A DNA stretch of 64,000 nucleotides from Octopus bimaculoides. Taxonomy: Eukaryota. Positions 12,184 to 26,021 of this stretch are shown here, in pieces. The stretch is taken from assembly GCF_001194135.2 (NCBI RefSeq), contig NC_068982.1:10868898-10932897 (forward strand), read 5' to 3'. The notes under the pieces were generated by a model. It did not search any database. It was given only the letters and a program-made list of their open reading frames with translations, and was not told the origin of the DNA. Position 1 is the first letter of the stretch; each line of letters starts with the position of its first letter. Made by a program: the position numbers and the translations under genes.

Positions 12184-12607
12184 AAGGCGGCGAGCTGGCA
12201 GACACGTTAGCACGCCGAGCGAAATGCTTAGCGGTGTTTCATCTGTCTTTGCGTTCTGAGTTCAAATTCCGCCGAGGTCGACTTTCCCTTTCATCCTTTC
12301 GGGGTCGATAAATAAAGTACCAGTTACGCACTGGGGTCGATGTAATCGACTTAATCCCTTTGTCTGTCTTTGTTCGTCCCCTCTATGTTTAGCCCCTTGT
12401 GGGCAATAAACAAATAAGAAACGTTAGCATGCTGGGCAAAATGTTTAGCGGTATTTCGTCTGTCTTTACGTTCTGAGTTCAAATTCCGCTGAGATCGACT
12501 TTTCCTTTCGGGGTCGATAAATTAAGTACCAGATGCGCACTGGGGTTGATCTAATCGACTGCCCCCCATCTCCCAAAATTTCGGGCCTTGTGCCTAAAGT
12601 ACAAAAG
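12184..12607 (+). mobile_element. Head-to-tail dimer of SINE family A (A2 then A1) with 17-bp TSD
   Basis: A-box ggcgagctggcag and B-box gagttcaaattcc. aataaatatcatgtgac occurs at 12167-12183 and 12608-12624. Confidence 0.92.
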
Positions 12608-14419
12608 AATAAATATCATGTGACGCTTAATATTTTTCAAGTCTTTTGTGTCGTTTAATTCGTATTTATTTTCATTTTCAATACATCAGAAAACTATTTG
12701 CAATTGGACTGCACTCAATATCATTATTCGAACTGATTTCTACTTCATACATTTAGAAGTTTAATTCTATTCTTATACTTATGTATGTCATGACTGTACA
12801 ATATTATTTCATTTATTTGGCACTGAATTATGTTATAAGAGGGAAAGATTTTCTGTACATTTTGTAGTAAAGTTTATACACCCATGTGATACGAATTATT
12901 TAAAGTATTTCATCCTCCCGGAAAACACCAATAATAAATGTCATCCAACCACATGAATTAACTGCAAGACTAGTATAATTCATAGTCTACATTGTAAACT
13001 ACTATAAAATCTTCGTTGTATTTGTATGCATACGTGTGTGTGTGTGTGTCACTTTTTTCTGTACCTGCATAGATATATTTGTGAGTGTCTAAAACATCCG
13101 TATAAGCACGTGATGTTCAATACAATTATATCGTACATAAAATTGTCTGGCATTTCTAGTATAAAGGTTTTCTATCATAAAACATTTTCCATTCTGCAAT
13201 TTAGAAAACTCTGCATGAATGGTGAAGCAGCTGCAAATTGATCTCCTAACTTTCTGCTGTGTAAAGTGAAATCATATTTTAATGCACGTAGCAAAATATG
13301 AATCATAGAGAAAACACTTGACATGAAATGTTGTTTGTGATTTTAACATAGTTTCTGTATCCTTTCAAATTCGAACTTATATAAATAGCTGAGTCAGAAC
13401 AGCTGTTTCATGAGTTTGCACTTTTCGAATTACTGATCGCACTGCCATCATATTTAACACCTACATTGCAGGTAAACTTTTAAGTGCAACTTTTGACTGC
13501 GGAATGAATTTCATTTTTGAAAACTATTTTTCGAATAATAATAAATTGCTCGAAATTCGGTTTCCGTTGCCCAAATAATAGGAAATGGTTCTGATCATTA
13601 TATTCAATATGTATTTATCATTTTCCTTTTTGAGAATTATCTTAAGTAAACTGATAAAATCTAACACTGATACTGACTTTAAAAGGTAAGATCACAAATT
13701 ACATACAGTCAATTGTAGTGACCCGAATACCTGATTGCTTCCTATTCTATCACGTTGTTGATCCGGAAGGATACACCTGACATCCGATTCCGTCGAAGCT
13801 TTAACTGAAAACACGAATGCGTTTTTAAATATGACAACGCGTTTTCCAAACGCTTGACTAATTCTGCCACCGTCATTACTCATGATAAAATGTATTAGAA
13901 GTTCTTAGATTAACTAACTGTTACCAATTGTGTAAGAATCATTGAAAAATATGTTCGTGTTGGAATATGTAAAATGTTGACATTCTTCAAAATAGCAACC
14001 TACATTTTTATTTTCGTCGACATCATATTAACTAGTTATCCTATTTTTTTTTAAATGTGTCCCTCTCAATATACACATGCACACAGACCACAAACACAGA
14101 CACAAACAAATTGGCATATGTGTGTATAAATATAAATATATATATANNNNNNNNNNNNNNNNNNNNNNNNNNNNNNNNNNNNNNNNNNNNNNNNNNNNNN
14201 NNNNNNNNNNNNNNNNNNNNNNNNNNNNNNNNNNNNNNNNNNNNNNNNNNNNNNNNNNNNNNNNNNNNNNNNNNNNNNNNNNNNNNNNNNNNNNNNNNNN
14301 NNNNNNNNNNNNNNNNNNNNNNNNNNNNNNNNNNNNNNNNNNNNNNNNNNNNNNNNNNNNNNNNNNNNNNNNNNNNNNNNNNNNNNNNNNNNNNNNATAT
14401 ATATATATATATATATATA

Positions 14420-15731
14420 TACTGAACTACAAAATAAATGTCGCACTGTAAAATATTATTTGTTTCGCACACGATATTGGGATTACATGGACTCTATCAC
14501 ATTTCTAGGTAATTTGACGTCAAGAAGATGTCACTGATCCACAACACCACTATCTTTTGAAAACACAGGGATTTCCTGTAGGGTTCGAACTCACTTTTCT
14601 TGAATATGTTAATGCTCGCAAATGCATCTTTATGAAAAGCATGATGCACATGAAAAATGTTTTGCATGTGGCCGACCGAGGATTACAACAGCACGTCAAG
14701 ATCTTCACATGTACTGTCAGCACATGCAGAGCCGATTCCGGAGGGCAATGGAATTAGCTAGGCAGACCAGAGGGACTCACCACAGACCAATTTATGCAGA
14801 AGTAGTTCGCCGCCGGCTGAGATCTTTCAGTGTCTTGTCTACGTCCGGCTAGGAGCCCCATTGTCACAGATCTTCGTCAACGGGCACGTCTGAAGTGGGC
14901 TCGAAAACGTCAGAACTGGCGATATCAGCAGTGGATGACTGTAGTCTTCTCTCACGAAAGTCTATATTGCATTTCTGTGGCAGATGGCAGAACTAGGGTT
15001 TGAAGAAGAAGGGATGAACGTCATGCCGATGGCTATGTGGTGGAGATAGATTCATGGGGAGGACAGAGCATCATGGTATGGGGTGGTATTGTACTCAACC
15101 AGAAACTTGGACCGGTGGTCTTCCAAAACATCGGCCAGGGCCGGAGCAATGGCGTAACCGCTGCTCGCTACATCGACCAAGTGTTGTGGCCTCATATTGT
15201 GTCATACTTTTCCCGTCATCGGAATCCCGTGTTCTAACACGTCAACGCTCGTGTTCATATTACCAGGTTGACAACAGACTTCCTCCAACAGTACAACATC
15301 CAGACACTGCCATGGCCTGCCCTAAGTCCGGACTTGAACTCCATAGAGCACCTGTGGAACGAAACCCAAAGAAGGCTAAATGACATCCGTCCAAGGCCGA
15401 CAAATGCGGCACAATTCACTGCAGGTTTTAACAGTGTGGGCTGCTATCCCTATTGACTTCATCAATCGTTTGGTGCATTCAATGTACAGAAGATGCCTGG
15501 CGGTAATCAACGCTAACGATCTCACACAAGATACTAAGTTCATCTCTTTGGATCCAGGACACTCCATCATCACGTGACACCATGAGACGTCAAATATGTT
15601 TCAGGAAATGACGTTTTAGCATTAGGAAAGAACGGTTTCTTAATTAGCACTCTTCAATCAATGTTATGACAGTCTGTTAATAAACCAGTTTCTATTTAGT
15701 ATGTGTCCGACGTTTCTTTTTCGGTTCAGTT
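14420..15731 (+). mobile_element. Full-length decayed Tc1 DNA transposon (about 1.3 kb)
   Basis: Degenerate TIRs actgaactacaaaataaatgtcgcac and gtccgacgtttctttttcggttcagt with TA flanks, enclosing transposase remnants. Confidence 0.88.
14622..15560 (+). pseudogene. Tc1 DD34E transposase pseudogene
   Basis: GRPRITTARQD; RLKWARKRQNW; VFSHES (first D changed to H, 14953); GGQSIMVWGGI; F*HVNA (stop 15235, second D changed to V); WPALSPDLNSIEHLW (E at 15346, 35 codons after the second D). Contains frameshifts and stops. Confidence 0.92.
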
Positions 15732-15739
15732 TATATACG

Positions 15740-15851
<112 letters not shown>

Positions 15852-16307
15852 TATGACTATAAATATTATTGAACAATATTCATTTGTACATTTGAATTTG
15901 ATTTCGAACATGTGTTAGAAAGAATTTGATTGTGTTTTTAGTGGCTCCATAATGATAATTGAGTTGAATATCTGTGCGAGCTTAACATTTAGTTAAAATC
16001 AGAAAAAGATTAATCGAGAATTCTTCATTGTAAAACGAATTCAGATATACAGTGTTTATTATTATATAAGCAGAGTTTGTCAATATCTTCTTAAATGTTT
16101 TTATTGATCAAAAACAAAAACTAACGAAATTGTATCTAAAAGTTATAAAACGATGGTTTATATTTTATATATTTGTAATAAATCATTTCATTATTTATGA
16201 ATGAAGAAAGACATACGTTTGAAATGACATCCATTTATCTTGTATGTCTAATTAATTCATATCTCCAATTATTTATAAAACGAATAAAAGTGCAATGCAG
16301 CATTGTT

Positions 16308-16616
16308 GTTGTTGTCGTTTGTTCCTTCTCGAGCCATGATTGGCTCATAAGGGCTGGTTTCCTGGTTTTGTTGGCGTATAGGTTCTCCACCTGGACGGGA
16401 CGCCGGTCCGTCGCAGGTGAACTGCTAGATGCAGGAGGAGAGAGTGAGAGAAAGTTGCGACGAAAGAGTCAGAAGTTCGCCATTACTTTCTGCCGGAGCC
16501 ACATGCAGCTTAGGTGTTTCGCTCATAAACACACACACATTGCCCGGTCTGGGTTTCGAAACCGCGATCCCTTGACCGCGAGTCCGCTGCTCTAACCACT
16601 AGACCATGTGTCTCCA
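16308..16616 (-). mobile_element. tRNA-derived SINE, family D (related to C), with (AAC)n tail
   Basis: Reverse complement reads ggagacacatggtctagtggttagagc...ggtttcgaaaccc...ctgcgacggaccggcgtcccgtccagg...atgagcc...ggctcgagaaggaacaaac(aac)n. Confidence 0.85.
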
Positions 16617-16785
16617 ATGCAACATTATTTGCATATAAAACTCAACACAGCTTATTTATAGCATTAACAAAATAAGTTATTCCTGAATACATAAAGATGT
16701 TTCAAGTAACAAAAGCGCTTTTCTTTCGGTTCTATGAACACTTCGGTTGTGATTTAAAGTAAAGAAACGAAAAATGTTATGAATA

Positions 16786-17502
16786 GGTGCAGGCGAAGCT
16801 GTGTGATAAGAAGTTTGCTTCGCAACCACATGATTCCGGGTTCAGTTCCACTGCATTGAACCTTGGACGAGAGGCTTCAATGGTAGTACAGTCTCGGGTC
16901 GACCAAAATTTTGTAAGTGGATTTAGTAGCCTTTGTATATGTGTGTATGTATATATATATAANNNNNNNNNNNNNNNNNNNNNNNNNNNNNNNNNNNNNN
17001 NNNNNNNNNNNNNNNNNNNNNNNNNNNNNNNNNNNNNNNNNNNNNNNNNNNNNNNNNNNNNNNNNNNNNNNNNNNNNNNNNNNNNNNNNNNNNNNNNNNN
17101 NNNNNNNNNNNNNNNNNNNNNNNNNNNNNNNNNNNNNNNNNNNNNNNNNNNNNTATATATATATATATATTTATATATATACACATATATATTATATATA
17201 TACACACATGTATATGTATGTGCGTTTTTGTCTGTGTCTGTCCACCCCACCACCGCCTGATAACCGATGTTGGTGCGTTTATGTCCTGCAATTTAATGAT
17301 TCGGTAAAAGAGACTGATAGGCTTCAAACAAATAAGTACTGAAGTTGCTCGACTAAAATTGTCCAAGGCGGTGCCCCAGCATGGTCGCAGTGTAATGACT
17401 GAAACAAATAAAACATGAACGATAAGAGAACATGACAAGAAGGTCGGAATTCTGCTCCAGCACGGCCACAGTCAAATGACTGAAACAAGTAAAAGAGTAA
17501 AA
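16786..17502 (+). mobile_element. SINE family B with internal gap and duplicated 3' tail
   Basis: Head at 16786, gap 16963-17153 inside the internal microsatellite, and tail atgactgaaacaa at about 17396 and again at about 17477. Confidence 0.85.
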
Positions 17503-17642
17503 CGCATGCAGCGACCCCCCCCCCCATTCATATAGAGTACACTAATACAAAGCGAATGAGCTGCAATCAATTAAACACGAAACCTGATAAAGGTGTCTAC
17601 AGGTTTCTCAACGAGATTGTTTAATTATTATGCTGAGATCTG

Positions 17643-17890
17643 TGGAGGCGCGTGGCTTAGTGGTTAAGGTGTCAGCATCATGATCGTAAGATTGTAGTTT
17701 CGATTCCTGGACCGGGCGAAGCGTTGTGTCCTTGAGCAAAATACTTCATTTCCCGTTCCTCTAGTCCACTCAGCTAGCAAAAATGAGTAACGCTGCGACG
17801 GATCAGTGTCCCGTCCAGCTGGTGAACACGTACGCCATTGAAACCGGGAAACTGCGCCCATGAGCCTGGTTAGGCTTTAAAAGGGCGCAT
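17643..17890 (+). mobile_element. tRNA-derived SINE, family C/D variant
   Basis: ggaggcgcgtggcttagtggttaagg...gtttcgattcc...ttgtgtccttgagcaa...ctgcgacggatcagtgtcccgtccagc...atgagcc. Confidence 0.85.
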
Positions 17891-17958
17891 TTGATTTTGA
17901 AGATGGGATCTAGATTTCATAGACGGGTTGTTCAGTCGCCATAATTTAACCGATTAGT

Positions 17959-18373
17959 AAAGCAGTGAGCTGGCAGAATCGTGAGCACGCCGGGCGCAAT
18001 GCTTAGCGGTATTTCGCTAAGCATTCTGAGTTCAAATTCCGCCGAGGTCGACTTTGCCTTTCATCCATTTGGGGTCGATAAACTAAGTACCAGTTGCGTT
18101 CAGGGGTCGATCTGATCGACTGGCCCACGCCCCCAAAATTTGGGCCTTGTACCTAGAGTAGAAAAGAGTAGAATAGAATCGTGAGCACGCTGGACGAAAT
18201 GCTTAGCAGTATTTCGCCCGTCGCTACGTTCTGTGTTCAAATTCCGCCGAGGTTGACTGTTCCTTTCATCCTTTTGCGGTCAATAAAATAAGTACCAGTT
18301 GAACACTGCGGTCGATGTAATCGCCTCATCCCCCACCTCGCCAAAGCTGCTTTTGTGTCAAAAATTTGAAATA
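17959..18373 (+). mobile_element. Dimer of SINE family A with 18-bp TSD
   Basis: ataatttaaccgattagt (17941-17958) and ataatttaactgattagt (18374-18391). Confidence 0.88.
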
Positions 18374-18904
18374 ATAATTTAACTGATTAGTTGTATGAAA
18401 ACTAAAGACAACTTTTGCTATTGCACCTTCCCTATTTTTATAATACAATTTGATTGCTTACAATCTGATGTCTAAAATCCTTATAAATACACGCCGTTTC
18501 AGTATTTTAGCTAACTCTCACTTTCTCTCTCTCCTTCTCTAATTTTTTCTCTCTATCTCTCATTCTCCTCTCCTTTCTCCTTTGTCTCTCTCTCTCTCCC
18601 TCTCTCTCTCTCGTTCTTTTTTTCCACCTTTTTTCCTATCTATAGATAAAATGGAGGGAACCCTTTGAAGAGTTGGTAATAACTGGTGAAACTAGTCGAG
18701 TCGTTCTAAACTTTGTTCACTAGGCTTTTCATTTAAGAACGGATAAGTAATTGTTTTTAAGCGTAAGCATGCAAACTAATTTTACACCGTTATCCCAAAA
18801 CATGATGTTTTGTTTTAGACATATAAACATATACACACGCATACATGTGTGTGTATATGATGCACGCGTGCGTAAGTATGTACGTGCGTTTGTAAGTACG
18901 GACG

Positions 18905-18936
<32 letters not shown>

Positions 18937-19408
18937 TGTGTATGGTGGGGTGTAATCATAGACAGATAGATTATTTATTTATCGATCTTAACCAAAAGTT
19001 TGAACTTCGAAATCACTAAAATCAAAATTACATTGCTTGAATAACTTAACGATTACTTTTTAAACGGTGATGGTTTTAATGAAAGAAATAATTCGAAAAA
19101 TAAATTATCATATGTCATCAATTACATAGAATGCATAATAATTTACAATGCTATTAGTATTTGCTAAGATTTTATTAGATATTTTTTTATAATAAATATA
19201 TATACTTCAATAGGAAAAATTCAACCGATTTTTAAATTTATCGAAAATCGTGTACATCAAAGAGACGATACGATATGTTAGAATGCATTTCAAGCGTTCA
19301 GAATTCAATAAAATTTTTTTAACATTTCATGATATACAATCAATATCCAATATATCGCATAAAAGATAGAAAGTTTTAAATCAGATAGCACTTACATTTT
19401 ATTCTTCT

Positions 19409-19592
19409 ATTCTTTTACTTGTTTCAGTCATTTGACTGCGGCCATGCTGGAGCACCGCCTCTAGTCGATCCCAGGACTTCTTCTTTGTAAGCCTAGTACT
19501 TATTCTATCGTTCTCTTTTGCCGAACTGCTAGATTACGGGGACGTAAACACACCAGCATCGGTTGTAAAGTGATGTTGTGGGGACAAACACA

Positions 19593-19668
<76 letters not shown>

Positions 19669-19815
19669 ACGGGCTTCTTTCAGTTTCCGTCTACCTAATT
19701 CACTCACAAGGCTTTGGGCGGCTCGTGGCTACAGTAAAAGACGCTTGCCCAAGGTATCACCTGGAACCATGTGGTTTGTAAGCAAGCTACTTACCACACA
19801 GCCACTCCTACGCCT
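19409..19815 (-). mobile_element. SINE family B, near complete
   Basis: Reverse complement of tail, body, internal (CA)/(TA) tract and head. Confidence 0.9.
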
Positions 19816-20706
19816 ATAATTACGTCCATAATTTTCTATGAATATTTTTCTACGACTTCGGCACGAAGGAACAATATATAAACCATTGAGCCCCAGTGGC
19901 CGCTCTTAATAATGTCGAGAGAAAATGCAAGAATATCGTTACTGCTGAATTATTTTAAGCAACCTGAGTTCGTGTATGGCAACCACTTCTAAAGCAACAT
20001 AATACTATTAAAGTTGTCACAGCTATTCTGTGAGATCTGAGCAAACAAGCTGTTCGCAAATAGAAATAGAAAGAAACATGAAATGAACGTTCTGCGCTAC
20101 AGTCTAATTCCAATGCATAGAATTTATCTATCCAAAAATCAAACAAATTCTTTACGTGATCCTTAAACTTTTCCTGATGTAACTCAAGAGGTTACACAGC
20201 AAACACACAACACATACACCATCATTAATTAAATATCTCCGGATAATAAACGACAATTTTACTGCAAGTCGAAATGTCTTCCATTTACAGTTAACACTCA
20301 AGAAATATAAAGTTAGCATATTGCAGTAGTTTTCCCAATGCTCAGTATGAAGCCAAATGAACATTCAAAGCGAAGCAGAACTCTGTATATTGAGCTTTAC
20401 GGACTAATATACGGTATTTGATGAATTGCCAATTATTCTGCAAGATATATCCAGATGAATATTGGTCGTAATGTATTATTCATTTATTGATTATATCAGG
20501 AATACGAGATGATTTCAGACAAATCCAGAAATACGTTCTCCAGTGAGAAAGTAAGAGATATGCAAATTAGCAACGGTCGTAAATGCATTCATCTAGGAAT
20601 GTGCGTGCTGGTATGTATGTTCACGTTTTTATCTATCATCAATATACTTTTCTCTTTATCTTTTTATATATTATGTGTGTATGTGCATGTGTGTGTTGTG
20701 TATGTG

Positions 20707-20723
20707 TCTCTCTCTCTTTTTCT

Positions 20724-20781
<58 letters not shown>

Positions 20782-20933
20782 NNNNNNNNNNNNNNNNNNN
20801 NNNNNNNNNNNNNNNNNNNNNNNNNNNNNNNNNNNNNNNNNNNNNNNNNNNNNNNNNNNNNNNNNNNNNNNNNNNNNNNNNNNNNNNNNNNNNNNNNNNN
20901 NNNNNNNNNNNNNNNNNNNNNNNNNNNNNNNNN

Positions 20934-21020
<87 letters not shown>

Positions 21021-21147
21021 TAATGTATGTATGTATATATATATGTATGTATTATGTATGTATATATAAATATATACATATATAAATATATACATATATA
21101 TATACATATATATACATATATATACATATATACATATATATACATAC

Positions 21148-21180
<33 letters not shown>

Positions 21181-21185
21181 TGTTT
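20707..21185. repeat. Compound (CT)n / gap / (TA)n / (TACA)n microsatellite block
   Basis: Seen directly, with N-gap 20782-20933. Confidence 0.9.
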
Positions 21186-22740
21186 GCATGCATGCATGTA
21201 TGTATGTTTGTTTGTATGTGGGTGTACGTGTGTATAAAATTATGCGCGTGTGTTTGTGTATATACGAAGATAACCAGTAAACATACTTTGCATTTTATAG
21301 GAATTTTATCGATATTATATGGGTGTGCCTTCTCATCTTAGCGGAAAATTAATTGTACAACAATCATGATACCCTACTTAAGAACACTCTTGAGCAGAAA
21401 CGAATTAGTGTTTTACATGTAGAAAGATATGATCATGCGCAGACACACACGCTTGTACATGTGAACAGTTGTGGGCATATGTCTGTGTATGCGTGTACGG
21501 TAGAGCCCTAACAAATATTGTCTTGGATGTAAAACGATTAAATTTTATTAAATCTTAAGGTTTTATTACATAAAAATCTAGTGATTCTTATTTATCGATA
21601 TGGAACAGCTCATAGTTCATTTATAACAGCTATATTATTATTTCAGTTTGTGATATTGCGTATTGGTATATAACTTCCAATAATATTGCTAGATATGGTT
21701 TTCTGTCTATGCATAAATTTAAGCAAGATTACATTATTGTATTTTATGTCATATCACATCTGGTAGAGGCAATAAATATTTTTTTCTGACTGCAGCATTT
21801 AAATTGGAAATATATGAATTCCATAGGCGCAGATATACTGGGAATATATACAAACTATGTTTTGCAATTAATTCGCAAACAAACCTTGCTACAGTCTCAT
21901 TTAATAATCTTTCATTTCGTATATATATTTTTCGTTCAGTGTTTCCTAGAATTTGGCGTATGGTTATCAGAACACAAAAATAGCATGATGTGTAGATGCT
22001 GGGATGAGAGTTCTTTTTTCCATTTTTTAATCTGAAATATTGAGAAAGAAGTCCCAGATTATTTACTGAACTGTTCTCAATCCGCATTATAATCACCTTT
22101 ATTGCGTGTTTATTTGTTACTGAATATCTCTGTTTCAGAACAGACACTGTAGCATTCAACAAGTTGAACATCTTTATTTTTATCATGCTGTCCCCACACA
22201 TTTTTCTATCTCCATGAAGAATTTTCAGTTCATCTCCATTAGAAGCAATATGAAATATATCAGAAATATCTAGGCTTATATTCTTAGTTCAATTTCTCCT
22301 CTACGATTATTGAAACCATCTCATAAATTGAGATTAAGTAGACGCTGACTTGATAGAACACCAATATCCATGAATCTTTATTTCATTAAACAATTGTATT
22401 ACATGTCATTTATCAAAAGTACTACGAGAAAAACAGTCTTCCATGCGGTGCATTACGAAGGACCTCATTGTCTAATGTTGTCCGTTCTTAACTTTGATAG
22501 ATCAGAGTCTCTAATGTTGAGAAATATATGGAGTAGAAAGGAAACAATTGGTGAAATAACGCTTAAAAATTTACAAGGAAAATTGGAAGGTATAAAATAG
22601 TGAAACACAGAAGTAATTCAGTTTGTAATTTCCGCTGTCTCTTTAAAAGAATAGAAATTATAACAATATCACAAATGAGCGTAAATTGACTGACGGCGGA
22701 TCGTAGCAAAGATTGTGGCAGGAAAACGAGAAGAATTAAT

Positions 22741-23327
22741 GGATCTTTTTTAAAACGGGGGCCACATTTTTCATTAACGAAACACTTTGAAACTTGGAAC
22801 ACTGGTAGAATGTGTCATATAAAACATCTTTTTCTCTTAGTCTTCTTTAAAAAAAAAGAAATCCATAAGTTATTCCATGTTGAAGTTGTCGTATTTCTGT
22901 AATTTCAACCAATCACTGACGTCCATTCAGCCGATATACATTAAGTGCCGACTACATAAACAAACGATTCTGAAACAATTAACCCTAACTCTAACCCTAA
23001 CCCTACGGTTAGGATTAGGGTTAGGGTTAGGGTTAAAGCAAATTTAAAATGAAAAAAACCAATTAAAACGAAGGTATGGAGATTAAATACGCTTTACATC
23101 GCTTAATCAGCCAAAGGAATAAATGTAAACAACTGAATACTTTTCAGTGATTGGTTGAAATTATCGAAATAAGACAATTTTTTACATGAAATAAATTCGA
23201 ATACAAAAATATTTTTCTGTTCTATAACACAAAATAGATAAGTATACGAAGTTTGAAAGTCTTTCCGTACCAAAAACACTACGTAAAACATTAATGAAAA
23301 ATGTGGCCCCCGTTTTAAAATAGATCC
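22741..23327. mobile_element. 587-bp MITE with GG termini, 37-bp TIRs and 8-bp TSD (Merlin- or Mutator-like)
   Basis: Left TIR ggatcttttttaaaacgggggccacatttttcattaa; the right end is its reverse complement with 1 mismatch. gaattaat occurs at 22733-22740 and 23328-23335. Confidence 0.88.
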
Positions 23328-24166
23328 GAATTAATACGTTAATGAGAGGTGGAGAAACACAGAGAGATGTTGCTTAAAGTTTTAGTTACATATTTAGATA
23401 TGCATATGTTATGATCTTTATATAAAAGCTATAATACATTTCAATGGGTGTTCTTTCTTTAACAAAGTTCGCACCGATAATAACAGAAATTAGTATCGTT
23501 AGCTTTAGCGGAAATCAACGTTACTTTCATCCAAACTTTCCTGCAAATATATGTACAGGAGATTGCTATTTCAAGCAGATCACTTCACACAATGCAGTCT
23601 TAAAATGTAAGGACATACATTAGATAAAGCAGTCCAGATGTTTTATGAGTGGGAAATAAGACGAACCGTTTTCCAAGATCAAATGACGTGAGTACGACAA
23701 AGAATAGAATGATTATTCTATTTATTTTAATACTGATGCGCTAATCGGCGTCTTGGACAATATGCATTGAATAACGTTTTTATAGCACTACAGTGTATAT
23801 TTGTTAAAATAGTGTAAGTCTTAACTGTTTAATCACCTGGGCAATTGTTTAGGCGATCTTTCCCAGGACAGCGATGGCGAAAGCTTCTACGGCTAAAAGA
23901 GATGTATTTTATCTTACATTTTACTTTATGAAAAACGCGCTGCTACCATATCAATGATTACTGAAGTAATATAAGTGTCAGTAAAATGCAATAAATGCAA
24001 ATCGGATCGTTCACGCTTAATTAAAACCTTAATGAGATTAACCATAGATGTTTTGTGTGAACACTTGTCATGCTGATATGCTGCTCAATCAGACGAGCTG
24101 TCCCAAAGCAGATATAATCTTAAGTATACTTGTGTTGTATTTATTTGCCAATATAAATCAAATGTT

Positions 24167-24378
24167 AAAGCGGCGAGCTGGCAGAAACGTTAGCACGCCG
24201 GGCGAAATGCTTAGCAGTATTTTGTCTGTCTTTACGTTCTGAGTTCAAATTCCGCTGAGGTCAACTTTGCTTTCATTCTTTTGGGTCGGTAAATTAAGTA
24301 CCAGTTATGTACTGAGGTCGATCTAATCGACTGGCCCCTTCCCCAAAAATTTCTGTCCTTGTGCCTAGAGTAGAAACA
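24167..24378 (+). mobile_element. SINE family A (A1) with 17-bp TSD
   Basis: aatataaatcaaatgtt (24150-24166) and aatataaactaaatgtt (24379-24395). Confidence 0.9.
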
Positions 24379-24404
24379 AATATAAACTAAATGTTTTCAA
24401 AATA

Positions 24405-24623
24405 CTGTAATCCCTCGATTATTGCGGGTGATACGTTCCAAAACCTCCTGCGATAGGTGAAAATCCGCAAAGTAGAAACAGTACTGTTCTGTATATTCTT
24501 TTTGTTTTTATAATTTGTATATATCTATTTTATTATAAATGCAAAACAACACCATGAAAGAATCGACGTAAGCTTAAATAATAAACCGCGATAGGTGAAC
24601 CGCAATATCACGAGGGATTACTG
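24405..24623. mobile_element. Tigger/pogo-like MITE
   Basis: ta|ctgtaatccctcgattattgcgg ... ccgcaatatcacgagggattactg|ca: CAGTAATCCCTCG-type TIRs with TA-type flanks. Confidence 0.85.
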
Positions 24624-25831
24624 CATAGAATCCTAGAAAACAGTGGAACTACTGTGTGGACAAGTAGCAATACAAATATTTAAAACGATGGTTTAAATGT
24701 TACGCAATGCAGCGTCACATGAATCTAGCGTCTGGAGAGATTCAATATTTATTTGTGCTATCTTAATAGATTGGGAATCGTAAGACTGAAGGATAATTAT
24801 TACAACACTGAAGAATAAGAGAAAATGATGACGTAGGGAGGTCGAAAGAGCGGTGACAAATGTCATTGGATTGTTGGGGTTACTGTTAAATGGGAAAATA
24901 AAACAAAGTAAATATTCTTTACCAAGAGAAAGTGAGAAAGAATTTGCACAACAGAGCTTGTGTTAACAGAAGTTTGGTTCAAACATACGTGTACACTTTT
25001 ATGCTTTATATTTTGTTACATTTATATTTCAGATCATTTTACAGTAACTTGTACCAAATTCGGTAAAATAATCTTCCGGCAAGCATATTTAAATTCTACT
25101 TTGCTTTTCGGTCTCTGAGTAAATAAGTAAATAATTACAATAGTAAACGAATACTAATAACAAATCGAAACGGAAATAGCTCAACATGTCCGTTTCATTT
25201 GCAAATATTAGTTCTTATAAAGTGGCATTACAAAGCATTGGCGATATTATATTTATTTCAATTGTTACTGAAGAACACTGACTGGTATACAGCGGGTTTT
25301 GTCTTCACTTTCGTGGGGGGCTAATTACTTCATTCATACAACGCAGTGGGTGGCTTTCATTGCATTAACGAATCATCGGTAAATGGGAGTTATTTAAAGA
25401 ATATACTGCATGGATTTCATATTCGGTATTAACGATTGAAACTTGAGAAGTCATTTACGACCATCTCTTACAATAATTCGATTTATCAGTGAAAATAAAG
25501 GAATTACTCAAGCTGTGAGTATTATGTGTGTTATCTGATAAATTCAGAAATCATTAAAAAAGAAACAGAATGCTCACAAAAGGAAAATCACGTGTCGCAG
25601 ATGATTATGTGGTTCAGAAATTTGGCTCGCAAGACCGAAATTCAAGGCTTGATCTCAATGCAACGTACACTTGGCAAATGAATTCAAAAATAGTCTCATG
25701 GTATCTAATACTTTTTAAGGGAAACTGTGCGGAATATACAAATACAATCTATTGTATATGTGTCTGTGTGAGCGCGTACACTTGTGTGTACGTTCGAGTG
25801 TTGTATAAGCAATGAAAGAAAAATGGCATAA

Positions 25832-26021
<190 letters not shown>

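Noticed and set aside
13378-13475. TATA-like tatataaatag, TGAGTCA and a cag|gtaaac donor suggesting a promoter and first exon
   Set aside because: These are short motifs expected by chance, with no linked downstream exon.
20500-20550. Plus-strand 51-nt exon-like segment (EYEMISDKSRNTFSSEK) with ag/gtaaga borders
   Set aside because: The acceptor is weak, there is no homology and no compatible neighbouring exons.
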